A DNA stretch of 64,000 nt from Candidatus Binatus sp. (GTDB taxonomy: Bacteria; Desulfobacterota; Binatia; Binatales; Binataceae). The position numbers were made by a program, and so were the translations under genes. Numbering within the stretch: the stretch's first letter is position 1; each line of letters opens with the position of its first letter. Location of the stretch: the NCBI RefSeq assembly GCF_030646925.1, contig NZ_JAUSKL010000004.1:11064-75063 (forward strand), given 5' to 3'. Of this stretch, positions 44,453-54,119 are shown piece by piece. Below the pieces are notes generated by a model. It worked only from the letters and a program-made list of their open reading frames with translations. It was not told the origin of the DNA and did no database searches.

Positions 44453-45736
44453 ATGATCAGCGCTGACGAAGCTCTCCAAATCGTGCTCGACAATGTGAGT
44501 CCGCTCGGCGTCGAGCGGGTCGCGATGGTCGATGCGCTCGGCAGGATGCTGGCCGAGGAGATCCGCTCCTCGCGCGATATCCCGGGCTTCGACAACTCCG
44601 CGATGGATGGCTACGCGGTGCGCGCGGCCGATATCGCGAGTGCGTCGGAGAGCAATCCGGTCAGGCTGGCCGTGGTCGAGACCGTGGGCGCGGGGCAGAT
44701 ACCGACGCGCCGGGTCAAGGCCGGAGAGGCGGTGCGCACGATGACCGGTGCGCCGATCGCGGAAGGCGCCGACGCGATAATCCAGGTCGAGCGCACGCGC
44801 GGCGGCGGCGATAGCGTCGAGATCCTGGCGCCGGCCGAGGCGCGATCGTTCATCCGGCCGCGCGGCGAGGATCTCAAGCTTGGGCAGTTGGTGATGTCGG
44901 TGGGGAAACGGCTCACGCCGGCGGACCTCGGGATGCTCGCGTCGGTGAATCGCGCGATGGTCGAGGTGAATCGGCGTCCGCGGGTCGCAATCGTTGCGAC
45001 GGGCGACGAGCTGGTGGATGTCGATCAGCCGCCCGTGGGCGCGCAGGTCGTGAACTCGAGCGCATACGCGTTGGCGGGTGCGACGCTTGAATGCGGCGGC
45101 CTGCCGACGATCCTGAAAGTGGCGCGCGACGAGCGCGACGAGATCACCGCGCGGCTCGCCGAGGCGATGACGTTCGACGTGGTGCTCTCGACCGGCGGCG
45201 TGTCGGTCGGGCAGTTCGATCACGTCAAGGGCGCGCTCGACGCGCTCGGGATGAAGCAGTTGTTTCATGGCGTCGCACAGCGGCCGGGGCGTCCGCTCAA
45301 GTTCGGCACTTGTGGCTACCGGCCGATTTTCGGTTTGCCGGGGAATCCGGTCTCGACGCTGGTCTGCTTCTATCTTTACGCGCGCCCCGCGATTCTGAAG
45401 ATGGGCGGCCGGCGCGACGTTGGGCTGCCGCGGGTGCGGGCGCGATGCGGCGTCGATATCAAAATCGCGAAGGACCTGACCGAGTTTGTGCGAGTGAAGC
45501 TCGCGCGCGACGGCGATCAAATCGTGGCGACGCCGACCGGCAATCAGGGGTCGGGAATTTTGAGTTCGATGTCGCTGTCGGACGGGCTGCTGATCGGACC
45601 GGCGGCGACGAATCTACTCGAAAAAGGCGCTCAGGCGATGGTCTTGTTGGTCGGCGGAACCGAAACGCTGGGCGCGGACGCGGGCGGCGCGGTGACGGAA
45701 GACACGCTGTTTACGTCGCGGCGCCAGAGCCATTGA
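44453..45736 (+). CDS. moeA: Molybdopterin molybdotransferase
   Basis: From ATG 44453: DIPGFDNSAMDGYAV, MTGAPIAEGADA, IVATGDEL, STGGVSVG, RPGRPL, LPGNPVS, QGSGILSSM. Confidence 0.96.
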   Translation: MISADEALQIVLDNVSPLGVERVAMVDALGRMLAEEIRSSRDIPGFDNSAMDGYAVRAADIASASESNPVRLAVVETVGAGQIPTRRVKAGEAVRTMTGAPIAEGADAIIQVERTRGGGDSVEILAPAEARSFIRPRGEDLKLGQLVMSVGKRLTPADLGMLASVNRAMVEVNRRPRVAIVATGDELVDVDQPPVGAQVVNSSAYALAGATLECGGLPTILKVARDERDEITARLAEAMTFDVVLSTGGVSVGQFDHVKGALDALGMKQLFHGVAQRPGRPLKFGTCGYRPIFGLPGNPVSTLVCFYLYARPAILKMGGRRDVGLPRVRARCGVDIKIAKDLTEFVRVKLARDGDQIVATPTGNQGSGILSSMSLSDGLLIGPAATNLLEKGAQAMVLLVGGTETLGADAGGAVTEDTLFTSRRQSH

Positions 45737-45933
45737 ATGACCAGCGTCACGGCGGCGCCGAAGATCGCGGAAGCGAGGATCAGGCTCGACACTCTCATCC
45801 CGACGAAGACGCCGAACGGCAACAGGTAGAACTTGATCAGGTCGAACTGATAGTTCGCGTAGATGACGTACAAAACCCAGAGGACGAGGATGGCGCCTAA
45901 GATGAATCTGGGGGTTTTGACAAATGCGGGCAT
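45631..45933 (-). CDS. LapA/DUF1049-like small membrane protein
   Basis: Two TM segments flanking a short beta-rich loop (ANYQFDLIKFYLL), ILASAIFGAAV, then a basic WRR. Confidence 0.6.
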   Translation of the reverse strand: MPAFVKTPRFILGAILVLWVLYVIYANYQFDLIKFYLLPFGVFVGMRVSSLILASAIFGAAVTLVIQWLWRRDVNSVSSVTAPPASAPSVSVPPTNKTIA

Positions 45934-46055
45934 CGCGGCGCGGCCTCCTGAGGGTGCGATGTGAAAAGCTTGTCCGCTGAAATCGCGCTTGTCAACGCAG
46001 CGACATGGGGTGGAAATGCCGATGCAGCCAAATTCACTGCGGCCGAAGGAGATCG

Positions 46056-46535
46056 ATGCGGTTCCGCGTAGGCAACGGATTCGACTTTCATCCGCTCGAA
46101 GCGGGCCGGCGGCTGGTGCTCGGCGGAGTCGAGATCGCGCATGAGAAGGGGCTGCGCGGGCATTCGGACGCCGACGTAGCGGCGCACGCGCTCGCCAACG
46201 CGATCCTGGGGGCGATCGGTGCGGGCGACTTGGGGCGTCATTTCCCGGACAGCGATCCGCAGTACAAGGATGCGGACTCGATCGCGCTGCTCGCGCAGGT
46301 CGGCAAACTTGCGCGCGAGCGCGGATGGCGCCTCGGCAACGCGGACCTTACGATATTTGCGCAGGCACCGCGCCTGAAGCCGTACCTGGATGCGATGCGC
46401 GGGCGAATCGCGGCGGCGCTCGAGGCGGACCAATCGACGATCAATGTGAAGGCGTCGAGTCCGGAAGGAATCGGCGCGCTGGGTCGCGGCGACGGAATGG
46501 CGGCGGCGGCAATCGTGATGCTCGAGGCGGATTAA
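46056..46535 (+). CDS. ispF: 2-C-methyl-D-erythritol 2,4-cyclodiphosphate synthase
   Basis: From ATG 46056: RVGNGFDFH, LVLGGVEI, GHSDADVAAHA, GDLGRHFPDSDP, NVKA. Confidence 0.95.
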   Translation: MRFRVGNGFDFHPLEAGRRLVLGGVEIAHEKGLRGHSDADVAAHALANAILGAIGAGDLGRHFPDSDPQYKDADSIALLAQVGKLARERGWRLGNADLTIFAQAPRLKPYLDAMRGRIAAALEADQSTINVKASSPEGIGALGRGDGMAAAAIVMLEAD

Positions 46536-46689
46536 CGAGCCGCGAGCATCGTCGCGACGCAGCGGTAGGATGGCGGTGCAGTCGAATCACGGCATCTGAG
46601 CTGCTGGCGTTAGATTCAGATCGCGCTCGAAACAAGCCGGAGAGATGGGAAAATCGCAGATGCTCGCGCGCTCGCGGGTCGTCGCGACG

Positions 46690-46705
46690 TGGCAGCGCTC
46701 TTGCT
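46690..46705 (+). promoter_or_regulatory. Candidate sigma54 (-24/-12) promoter upstream of the GlsB/YeaQ/YmgE gene
   Basis: TGGCAGCGCTCTTGCT; GG (46691) to GC (46703) at the 12-nt offset; overlapped by the inverted repeat GCTCTTG/CAAGAGC (46697-46718). Confidence 0.55.
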
Positions 46706-46765
46706 CTCCCTCAAGAGCAGCGGCGGATCACGGCATCCGCGTCCTGACAGGGAGGGTTAAGCGAC

Positions 46766-47005
46766 ATGTTCGCATGGATTTTTATCGGACTAATCTCGGG
46801 CTGGCTCGCCGGCAAGATCGTCAATGGCAACGGCTACGGCGTGATGGCGGATATCGCGCTTGGCTTGGTCGGCGGAATCGTGGGCGGGATGATTTTCGCG
46901 ATCCTTGGCGTGCAGGCGCATAACTTCGTCGGCGCGATCCTGATGTCCACCGCAGGCGCAACGACGCTGGTGATCGCGACGCGAATTATCCGCGACGAAA
47001 TCTGA
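46766..47005 (+). CDS. GlsB/YeaQ/YmgE family stress-response membrane protein
   Basis: WIFIGLISGWLAGKI..G.GVMADIALGLVGGIVGG..F...GA. Confidence 0.9.
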   Translation: MFAWIFIGLISGWLAGKIVNGNGYGVMADIALGLVGGIVGGMIFAILGVQAHNFVGAILMSTAGATTLVIATRIIRDEI

Positions 47006-47116
47006 TTGGCCTAATCAACCGGCTCGCCCAAAATCGAATAGCCGTTCGCCATCCTGAATAAACGAACGCCCCTCGGTTGCCCGCTATCGCGCTTTCACTC
47101 AGACTGATCGGCGCTG

Positions 47117-48151
47117 GTGGCGATGAAACTGAGGGGCGCAATATCGGGATTCGGCGAGGTCGCGGCAAGGGCTCATCTGCCGGGATGGTGCACGCGCGAC
47201 AACGTGAATATCAGCGCGGTGCACGATCCGGTTGCCGAGCGCAGGCATGAGGCAATTCGGCTGATCAAGAGTGTCCGGGTTTATGACGATCTCCGCTTGA
47301 TGCTCGACGGCGAGGCGGTGGACTTCGTCGATATCGCGAGTCCGCCGGCGCTGCACGCCCGTTCGATTCGCGCGGCGCTCGAGGCCGGCGCGCACGTACT
47401 GGTCGAAAAGCCGCTCTGCCTCGATTTCGGGGAATTCCATCGGTTGAAGCGCCTGGCGGTCGAAAAACGCCGCGTGCTGATGTGCGTGCACAACTGGAAG
47501 TATGCGCCGCCGTATGCGGCGGCGCGGCGCGCGATCGAGCAAGGGCGTCTCGGTGAAGTTTGGTCCATCACGATCGATCGACTGCGCACCGAGCCCGCGG
47601 GCGCGGGCGGCGCTGGCGGCAAGTGGCGAACGTCGTCGGCGTCGGGCGGCGGAATCCTGATCGATCATGGCTGGCACGTTTTCTACCTGATGCACTGGCT
47701 GCTGGGCGGCGCCACACCCTTCTCGATTTCCGCGCGCCTCGAGACGCCGGCTGGTTGCGAGGTGGACGAAGTGGCAAGAGTGAATATCCTGTTTGAGAAC
47801 GGCGTAACCGCGAAGTCCCATCTTTCGTGGCGCGCATCGAGCCGCCGAACGTCGGCGAAAATCCTGGGTGCGCTCGGGCTTATGGTAATAGAAGGTGACC
47901 GGGTCATCCTGAGCAAAATGGACGGGAGCACAGAAGATCTGTCGGCGCCTGACGTCGCCGCCGATTCGTACCATCCGGCGTGGTTCGGCGGCGTGGCCGA
48001 GGAGTTCGAGCAGGCGGTTGCAACAGGTCCCGATTCGATTGTCGCGCGGCAGAATCTTGCCGAGGCCGGCGCGGCGATTGGCATGATCGCGGCTGCACGA
48101 GAATCGGCGACGATTGGCGGCGAGGACGTCGATATGCCGAAGGTAACTTGA
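47117..48151 (+). CDS. Gfo/Idh/MocA family oxidoreductase
   Basis: GAISGFGEVA, VDIASPPALH, HVLVEKPL, GGGILIDHGWH. Confidence 0.9.
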   Translation: MAMKLRGAISGFGEVAARAHLPGWCTRDNVNISAVHDPVAERRHEAIRLIKSVRVYDDLRLMLDGEAVDFVDIASPPALHARSIRAALEAGAHVLVEKPLCLDFGEFHRLKRLAVEKRRVLMCVHNWKYAPPYAAARRAIEQGRLGEVWSITIDRLRTEPAGAGGAGGKWRTSSASGGGILIDHGWHVFYLMHWLLGGATPFSISARLETPAGCEVDEVARVNILFENGVTAKSHLSWRASSRRTSAKILGALGLMVIEGDRVILSKMDGSTEDLSAPDVAADSYHPAWFGGVAEEFEQAVATGPDSIVARQNLAEAGAAIGMIAAARESATIGGEDVDMPKVT

Positions 48152-48183
48152 GCATCGGCGGAAATTCCCTAAAATCGACCTTT

Positions 48184-48296
48184 CTGACCGACTGACCGCT
48201 CGGACGGTAGCTTGACTTATCTGATATGGACGGTAGAGTTGCCTCTTGACCGAATGGTTAGGCTAATCGGTGGTGCGGAGGATCAAATCGGTCAGT
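48184..48296 (+). promoter_or_regulatory. Promoter and repeated TGACCG/CGGTCA operator-like half-sites upstream of tetR-hpn
   Basis: CTGACCG 48184, ACTGACCG 48191, TTGACCG 48246, CGGTCAGT 48289; GGACGGTAG twice; TTGACT-N16-TAGAGT at 48212-48239. Confidence 0.5.
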
Positions 48297-48374
48297 CCGG
48301 GCGGTCGATCGTGAAGATTTGCGCGAAGATTGGTGGCACAAATTACGAAATAAGGGGCAGGATTTCAGGCATCT

Positions 48375-49028
48375 ATGGGCGCATCGCAGGCTAAAGGGAT
48401 CGAGCAACGGGCTGGGTCGCAGGATTCACGCGACGAGATATTGAAAGCCGCGATGCATCTGTTTGCCGATCGCGGATTTCATGAAACCTCGATGTCCGAG
48501 GTCGCGCGCGAGGCGCGGGTCAGCAAGGCGCTGATTTTCTGGCATTTCAAGACCAAGGAAGAGCTGTTCGTCGCGGTGTTGAATCGATTGCTCGAGCCGT
48601 ACGTGATCGATTTTGCGGAAGAGGCGGGGGCCCTGGATGAGCGCGCCCAGATTCAGAAGCTGGTCGAGTTCTATCTGCTGTTCGTGCGTGAGAATGTGAG
48701 TTCGGTGCGTTTCTTCCTGGCGCAGATGCTCCACGATCCGCATCTGTCGGAGAGTCTCAACGAACAAGTGCTGCGGCTCTACAGCGGCTACCGGGATTTG
48801 CTGACCGAGCTGATAGCGCGGTCGCAGGAAAAGGGCATCTGCACTCGCCGTTTCGCGCCCGAGGCGGCGACCAGTTTCCTGCTGTCGGCGCTGAATGGTT
48901 TATTGATCGAACATCTGTTCATGGGCGCCAAAGCGGTGGATTCGGAGGGCGCAGTCGCGATGGTGGGGGAGTGGCTGTTCGGCGACTCGAAGGAACCATC
49001 GCCAGAAGGCGGCAATCCGGCTGCCTGA
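48375..49028 (+). CDS. TetR/AcrR family transcriptional regulator
   Basis: ILKAAMHLFADRGFHETSMSEVAREARVSKALIFWHFKTKEELF. Confidence 0.95.
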   Translation: MGASQAKGIEQRAGSQDSRDEILKAAMHLFADRGFHETSMSEVAREARVSKALIFWHFKTKEELFVAVLNRLLEPYVIDFAEEAGALDERAQIQKLVEFYLLFVRENVSSVRFFLAQMLHDPHLSESLNEQVLRLYSGYRDLLTELIARSQEKGICTRRFAPEAATSFLLSALNGLLIEHLFMGAKAVDSEGAVAMVGEWLFGDSKEPSPEGGNPAA

Positions 49029-49059
49029 TTTTCTGAACGAGTAGAGAGAACATCCAAAG

Positions 49060-50064
49060 ATGCGCATTCCGCTTAGACAGATGATCGATCTCGGCCGGTA
49101 TATCGGTTCCAAAAAGCGCGCGGGCGAGAAATATTTCCCGTTGGTGTTGATGCTCGAACCGCTGCACGCGTGCAACCTCGCCTGTATCGGTTGCGGGCGA
49201 ATCGTCGAGTACAAGGACACGATTCGCGACATGATGACGCTCGACGAGGCGCTCAGGTCGGCGGAGGAAGCGAACGCGCCGATCGTTTCGATCTGCGGCG
49301 GCGAACCGCTGATGTACAAGCATATCGCGCCGCTGACCAAGGGATTGATCGAGCAGCAGAAGCGCCACGTGATGATCTGCACCAACGCGATCCTGCTCGA
49401 GCGCTTCGTCAAACAGGTCGAGCCAAGCCCGTACTTGAGCTTCAATATCCATCTTGACGGGATGCGCGAGACCAACGATCGCGTGACCGATCGCCAGGGT
49501 CATTTCGACATCGTGGTGAAGATGATCAAGATGCTGAAGGAGAAGGGCTATCGCGTGCAGACCAATACGACGGTCTTCCGCGAGACCACCAGCGAGGAAC
49601 TCGAGGACATGATCAAGTTCCTGACGACGCTGAAGGTGGATGGGATGCTGCTCAGCCCGGGCTATCACTACCAGGTGCTGGGCAATGACGAGGTGTACCT
49701 CAAGAAAGAGGAGATGCCTCACAAGTTCATGAAGGTTCGCGACATGGCGAACGACTACAAGATCGTCAACACGCCGATCTACCTCGACTACCTGGTCGGC
49801 AAGCGCGATCTGACCTGCAGTCCGTGGACGACGGTGACGCGCAATCCGCAAGGATGGAAGGGCCCCTGCTACCTGATCACCAACGGGCATTACAAGACGT
49901 TTGAAGAAATGCACGCGGCGACCGATTGGGAATATTACCGGACCAAGCAGGACATCCGATGCCGCGACTGCAAGCTGCATTCGGGATTCGAGGGCACGGT
50001 CGCGCTCGATTTCGGCAAGAACCTGAAAGATTCGTGGCGGATGGTCCGTCACTACGTGGCCTAG
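49060..50064 (+). CDS. hpnH: Adenosyl-hopene transferase (hopanoid radical SAM)
   Basis: FPLVLMLEPLHACNLACIGCGRI, VSICGGEPL, CSPWTTVTRNPQGWKGPCYLI, CRDCKLHSGFE. Confidence 0.93.
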   Translation: MRIPLRQMIDLGRYIGSKKRAGEKYFPLVLMLEPLHACNLACIGCGRIVEYKDTIRDMMTLDEALRSAEEANAPIVSICGGEPLMYKHIAPLTKGLIEQQKRHVMICTNAILLERFVKQVEPSPYLSFNIHLDGMRETNDRVTDRQGHFDIVVKMIKMLKEKGYRVQTNTTVFRETTSEELEDMIKFLTTLKVDGMLLSPGYHYQVLGNDEVYLKKEEMPHKFMKVRDMANDYKIVNTPIYLDYLVGKRDLTCSPWTTVTRNPQGWKGPCYLITNGHYKTFEEMHAATDWEYYRTKQDIRCRDCKLHSGFEGTVALDFGKNLKDSWRMVRHYVA

Positions 50065-50075
50065 AAGAAAAAGCA

Positions 50076-50966
50076 TTGTTCGACCTCGATCGCTATCTGA
50101 AAGAGCGCGCCCAACTGATCGACCGGGAGTTGGCGGCCAGTATCGATGAGCCTCGGGGCGCGGCGGCGCGCCTGTACGAGGCGATGCGCTACAGCTTGCT
50201 CGCGGGCGGCAAACGGCTGCGGCCGGTGCTGGTGCTCGCGTCGTGCGAGGCGGTGGGCGGAAAGATCGAAGCTGCGATGGGACTCGCGTGCGCAGTCGAG
50301 ATGATTCACACCTATTCGCTGATTCATGACGACCTGCCGTGCATGGACGACGACGATTTCCGGCGCGGACGCCCGACCAATCACAAAGTTTATGGCGAAG
50401 CGATCGCGACGCTCGCTGGCGATGCCCTGCTGACCGACGCGTTCGAGGTGCTGGTGCGCAAGTCGCCGGACAGCGCGGAGCCGAGGATCGTGCTCGAGAC
50501 AATCGCGGAACTGGCGAACGCGGCAGGCTCGGCAGGGATGGTCGGCGGGCAGGTGATCGATCTGCTCGGCGAGGGCAAGTCGAAGACGATCGACGAGCTC
50601 GAGGAACTGCACGCGAAGAAGACGGGCGCACTGTTTTTGGCGTCGGTGCGCGGCGGCGCTCGGCTCGGCGGCGCGAACGAATCGCAGATCGAATCGCTGG
50701 ATGCGTACGCGCGGGCGCTCGGCCTCGCGTTCCAGGTCGTGGATGATTTGCTCGACGTGCAAGGCACGCCTGAACAGATGGGCAAGCGCACACAGAAGGA
50801 TCAGGAGCGCGGCAAGGCGACCTATCCGGCGATATTGGGAATCGAACGATCGGTCGATTTGGCGCGCGAACTCGAAAGCAGGGCTAATCGCGCGCTTAAG
50901 GGCTTCGACGCCGGCGCCGAGCCGCTCAGGCATCTCGCGACGTTCGTGGTGGAGCGCAAGCTGTGA
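50076..50966 (+). CDS. ispA: Farnesyl/geranylgeranyl diphosphate synthase (start TTG 50076)
   Basis: AMRYSLLAGGKRLRP, HTYSLIHDDLPCMDDDDFRRGRPTNH, GGQVIDL, KKTGALF, FQVVDDLLD. Confidence 0.93.
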   Translation: MFDLDRYLKERAQLIDRELAASIDEPRGAAARLYEAMRYSLLAGGKRLRPVLVLASCEAVGGKIEAAMGLACAVEMIHTYSLIHDDLPCMDDDDFRRGRPTNHKVYGEAIATLAGDALLTDAFEVLVRKSPDSAEPRIVLETIAELANAAGSAGMVGGQVIDLLGEGKSKTIDELEELHAKKTGALFLASVRGGARLGGANESQIESLDAYARALGLAFQVVDDLLDVQGTPEQMGKRTQKDQERGKATYPAILGIERSVDLARELESRANRALKGFDAGAEPLRHLATFVVERKL

Positions 50967-52027
50967 GCGAGCTGTCGGCAATCGCGATCGGGCATCAGCA
51001 ACCGCGCCAGGCGATGCTGGTCGAGCTGGGGCGTCTCGAGCTGCGCGACTATACGCCGCCGCGTCCCGGGCCCGGCGAGCTGTTGATCGAAGTGCGCTGC
51101 GCGCTTAGCTGCGGCACCGATCTGAAAACATTTCGCCGCGGTCATCCGATTTGGAAACTGCCGACGCCGTTCGGTCACGAATTTTCAGGCGTGGTGGTCG
51201 AAGCCGGCGCGGGCGTGAAGTCATTCAAGGCGGGCGACGAAGTGATGGCGGCGCCGACTGCGCCGTGCGGGATTTGCTTCTACTGCCAACACGGGCAGGA
51301 AAATCTGTGCGCGCTCGCGATGGACAAGATGGTGATGGGCGCGTACGCAGACCTGCTGCTGCTGCCGGCGCACGTCGTCGCGCGCAACACGTTTATCAAG
51401 CCAGTGGGATTGCCGTTCGAGGAGGCCGCGCTGCTGGAACCGCTCTCGTGCGTGATTCATGCGCAGGAAATGGCGCATCCGCAGAAATCGGAATCGGTGC
51501 TGATTATTGGCGGAGGCGCATTCGGCCTGATGCACATGCTCGGGCTGAAAGCGTCGGGGGTGCGCGAGGTAGCGGTGCTCGGACGCGGCGCACAGCGGCT
51601 CAAGTGGGCCGCGGAAATGGGCGCCGACGAGGTGATCGATGCGCGCGGCGACGGTGCGATCGCGGAAGTGGCGCGGCTCAACGGCGGCTTCGGGCCGGAC
51701 CTCGTAATCGAATGCACCGGCCAGGTTCAGGGCTGGGAGGATGCGCTCGCGCGGGTGCGTCGCGGCGGCCGGGTGGTGTTTTTCGGCGGATGTCCGTCCG
51801 GCACGAAGCTCAGCGTCGATACGCGCCGGATGCATTACGACAATCTGACATTGATTGCGCCGTTTCATTCTCGTCCGCGCGACGTGCGGCGCGCGTTTGA
51901 ATTGCTGGCGGCGCGGACGGCGGGATTTGGCGCGATCGTGAATGCGCGGCGCTCGCTCAGCGAACTGGCGGAAGTATTTGCGATGCTCGAGCGCGGCGAG
52001 GTGCTGAAGTGCGCGGTAATTCCGTAG
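50963..52027 (+). CDS. Zinc-dependent MDR dehydrogenase (sorbitol/polyol dehydrogenase-like)
   Basis: CGTD, GHEFSG, CGICFYC...NLC structural Zn, LLEPLSC, GGGAFG; start overlaps the ispA stop. Confidence 0.9.
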   Translation: MSELSAIAIGHQQPRQAMLVELGRLELRDYTPPRPGPGELLIEVRCALSCGTDLKTFRRGHPIWKLPTPFGHEFSGVVVEAGAGVKSFKAGDEVMAAPTAPCGICFYCQHGQENLCALAMDKMVMGAYADLLLLPAHVVARNTFIKPVGLPFEEAALLEPLSCVIHAQEMAHPQKSESVLIIGGGAFGLMHMLGLKASGVREVAVLGRGAQRLKWAAEMGADEVIDARGDGAIAEVARLNGGFGPDLVIECTGQVQGWEDALARVRRGGRVVFFGGCPSGTKLSVDTRRMHYDNLTLIAPFHSRPRDVRRAFELLAARTAGFGAIVNARRSLSELAEVFAMLERGEVLKCAVIP

Positions 52028-52153
52028 CGGTCGTTCGAGGCGAGTCGCGCGCGCATGACAACCGTTGTCAGAGCGCCGGATCGTGTCGGAGGGGCCGCAG
52101 GCAATGCGGGAAGATGGTGGCGGGAGCGGGATGAGGATCAAGCTGGGAGAAAT

Positions 52154-54109
52154 ATGAGTCAGGCAATTTCTATCGACAATATGGCGGCGCTGTCGCCGCA
52201 CGACGAGTTCGTGGCCAAGGTCGATTACACGATCGAACGCGCGCAAAATTCGCTGCTCGCGCTGCAGAAGCCCGAGGGCTACTGGCACGGCGCGCTCGAA
52301 GCGAACGCGGAGATGAACGCCGAGTACATCATCTTCACCCACTTCATGGACACGGTCGATATCGAACTCGAAGCGCGGCTCAAAAAATATCTGCTCGATA
52401 CGCAGAGCGCGGACGGAAGCTGGAGTCTCTTTCCGGGCGGCGAGGGCTATCTGTCGAGCACGATCGAGGCCTACTTCGCGCTCAAGCTGACGGGCATGCG
52501 GGCTGGCGACGAACCGATGGCGCAGGCGCGGCGCTGGATCCTGGCGAAGGGCGGAATCGTGAACTGCGGCACGCTCGCCCGCTTCTACCTGGCGGCGATG
52601 GGGCAGATCACGTGGGACGCGACCGCCGCGCTGCCGATCGAAATCGTGCTGCTGCCGAACTGGTTTCCGATCAACATTTACGAATTGGGATCGTGGGCGC
52701 GCGGCACGCTGATGGCCTTGATGCTGATGCAGACGGCTCGGCCGGCCAAGCAGATCGACTATCAGAGGGGCATCCTGGAGCTGTATATACAGCCGCCGCA
52801 TTTCACGAAGTTCAAGCAGCCGCGCGGCAAGAAGCTGCTCTCGCTGCGCAATTTGCTTAACGTTGGAGATCGGGGACTACGCCTTTACGACAAGCACAAT
52901 GTTGCGTCGCTGCGCGCTAGTGCGATCCGCAAGACGGAAGAATGGATCGTCGACCATCAGGATGAAAACGGCTCGTGGGGCGGAATCGAGCCGTGCTATC
53001 TGCTGAGCGCGATGGCGCTCAAGGCGATTGGCTATCGCAACGATCATCCGGTGCTGAGAAAGGCGATCGCTGCTTCGCGCGAACTCGTCTGGGATTTTCC
53101 GGATAGCGCGCTATACATGCCGTGCGTTTCGCCCAACTGGGACTCGGCGTTGGCGGGGCGCGCATTGCTGGACTCGGGAATTGCGGGAGATCATCCGGCG
53201 CTGCGCAAGGCGGCGTCGTGGTTTATCGATCACCAGATTTTCAATAAGGGCGATTGGTCGGTGAAGCGGCCAGCGCTCGAAGCGGGCGGATGGGCATTTC
53301 AGTTCTACAACGACTCCTACCCCGACGTGGACGATTCGGCGGTGATACTTTCGGTGCTGGCCGAGTCGAGCGTGGGTGACGCGGCGGCGAAAGAACGATC
53401 GATGCGCGCCGGCGCGAACTGGGTAATGGGGATGCAATCGAAGGACGGCGGATTTGCCGCGTTCGATGCCGACAACGATTCGACCTGGATGAATCATTTG
53501 CCGCTCGCGGACGTCGAGGCGGTCACCGATCCCTCGTGCCCCGATCTCACCGGCCGCGTGCTCGACATGATGGCGTCGGTCGGCTATCGGAGCGATCATC
53601 CGGTCGCCAAACGCGCGATCGAATGGCTGAAGCGCAATCAATCGAGCCACGGCGGATGGTGGGGCCGGTGGGGCGTGAATTACATCTACGGAACCTCGTC
53701 GGCGTTGTCGGGCTTGCGCGCGATCGGCGTCGATATGAAGCAGCCGTGGATCAGGCGCGCGGTCGCGTGGCTTAAGTCTAAGCAGAACGCCGATGGCGGA
53801 TGGGGCGAGAGCCCGCTCTCGGACCAGGATCCGGCGTGGCACGGGCGCGGCACGAGTACGGCGTCGCAGACCGCGTGGGCATTGATTGCGCTGGTCGCGG
53901 GCGAGGACGACGTAAGCGAATCCGCGATGCGCGGCGCGCAGTGGCTCTCAGAGCGGCAGAACGACGACGGCGCTTGGGACGAGACGGAGCATACCGGCAA
54001 CGGTTTCCCGAATCATTTTTATCTTCGCTACCATTTGTATGCGCATTATTTTCCGCTGATGGCGCTCGGACGTTTTCGGCGGCGGCTAATGGAACGGTCG
54101 GCGCGTTAG
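52154..54109 (+). CDS. shc: Squalene-hopene cyclase (HpnF)
   Basis: QW repeats (QKPEGYW, QSADGSW, QDENGSW, QNADGGW), YPDVDDSA (DxDD), GWWGRWGVNYIYGT, GNGFPNHFYLRY. Confidence 0.97.
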   Translation: MSQAISIDNMAALSPHDEFVAKVDYTIERAQNSLLALQKPEGYWHGALEANAEMNAEYIIFTHFMDTVDIELEARLKKYLLDTQSADGSWSLFPGGEGYLSSTIEAYFALKLTGMRAGDEPMAQARRWILAKGGIVNCGTLARFYLAAMGQITWDATAALPIEIVLLPNWFPINIYELGSWARGTLMALMLMQTARPAKQIDYQRGILELYIQPPHFTKFKQPRGKKLLSLRNLLNVGDRGLRLYDKHNVASLRASAIRKTEEWIVDHQDENGSWGGIEPCYLLSAMALKAIGYRNDHPVLRKAIAASRELVWDFPDSALYMPCVSPNWDSALAGRALLDSGIAGDHPALRKAASWFIDHQIFNKGDWSVKRPALEAGGWAFQFYNDSYPDVDDSAVILSVLAESSVGDAAAKERSMRAGANWVMGMQSKDGGFAAFDADNDSTWMNHLPLADVEAVTDPSCPDLTGRVLDMMASVGYRSDHPVAKRAIEWLKRNQSSHGGWWGRWGVNYIYGTSSALSGLRAIGVDMKQPWIRRAVAWLKSKQNADGGWGESPLSDQDPAWHGRGTSTASQTAWALIALVAGEDDVSESAMRGAQWLSERQNDDGAWDETEHTGNGFPNHFYLRYHLYAHYFPLMALGRFRRRLMERSAR

Positions 54110-54119
54110 AGCTTGCGCG

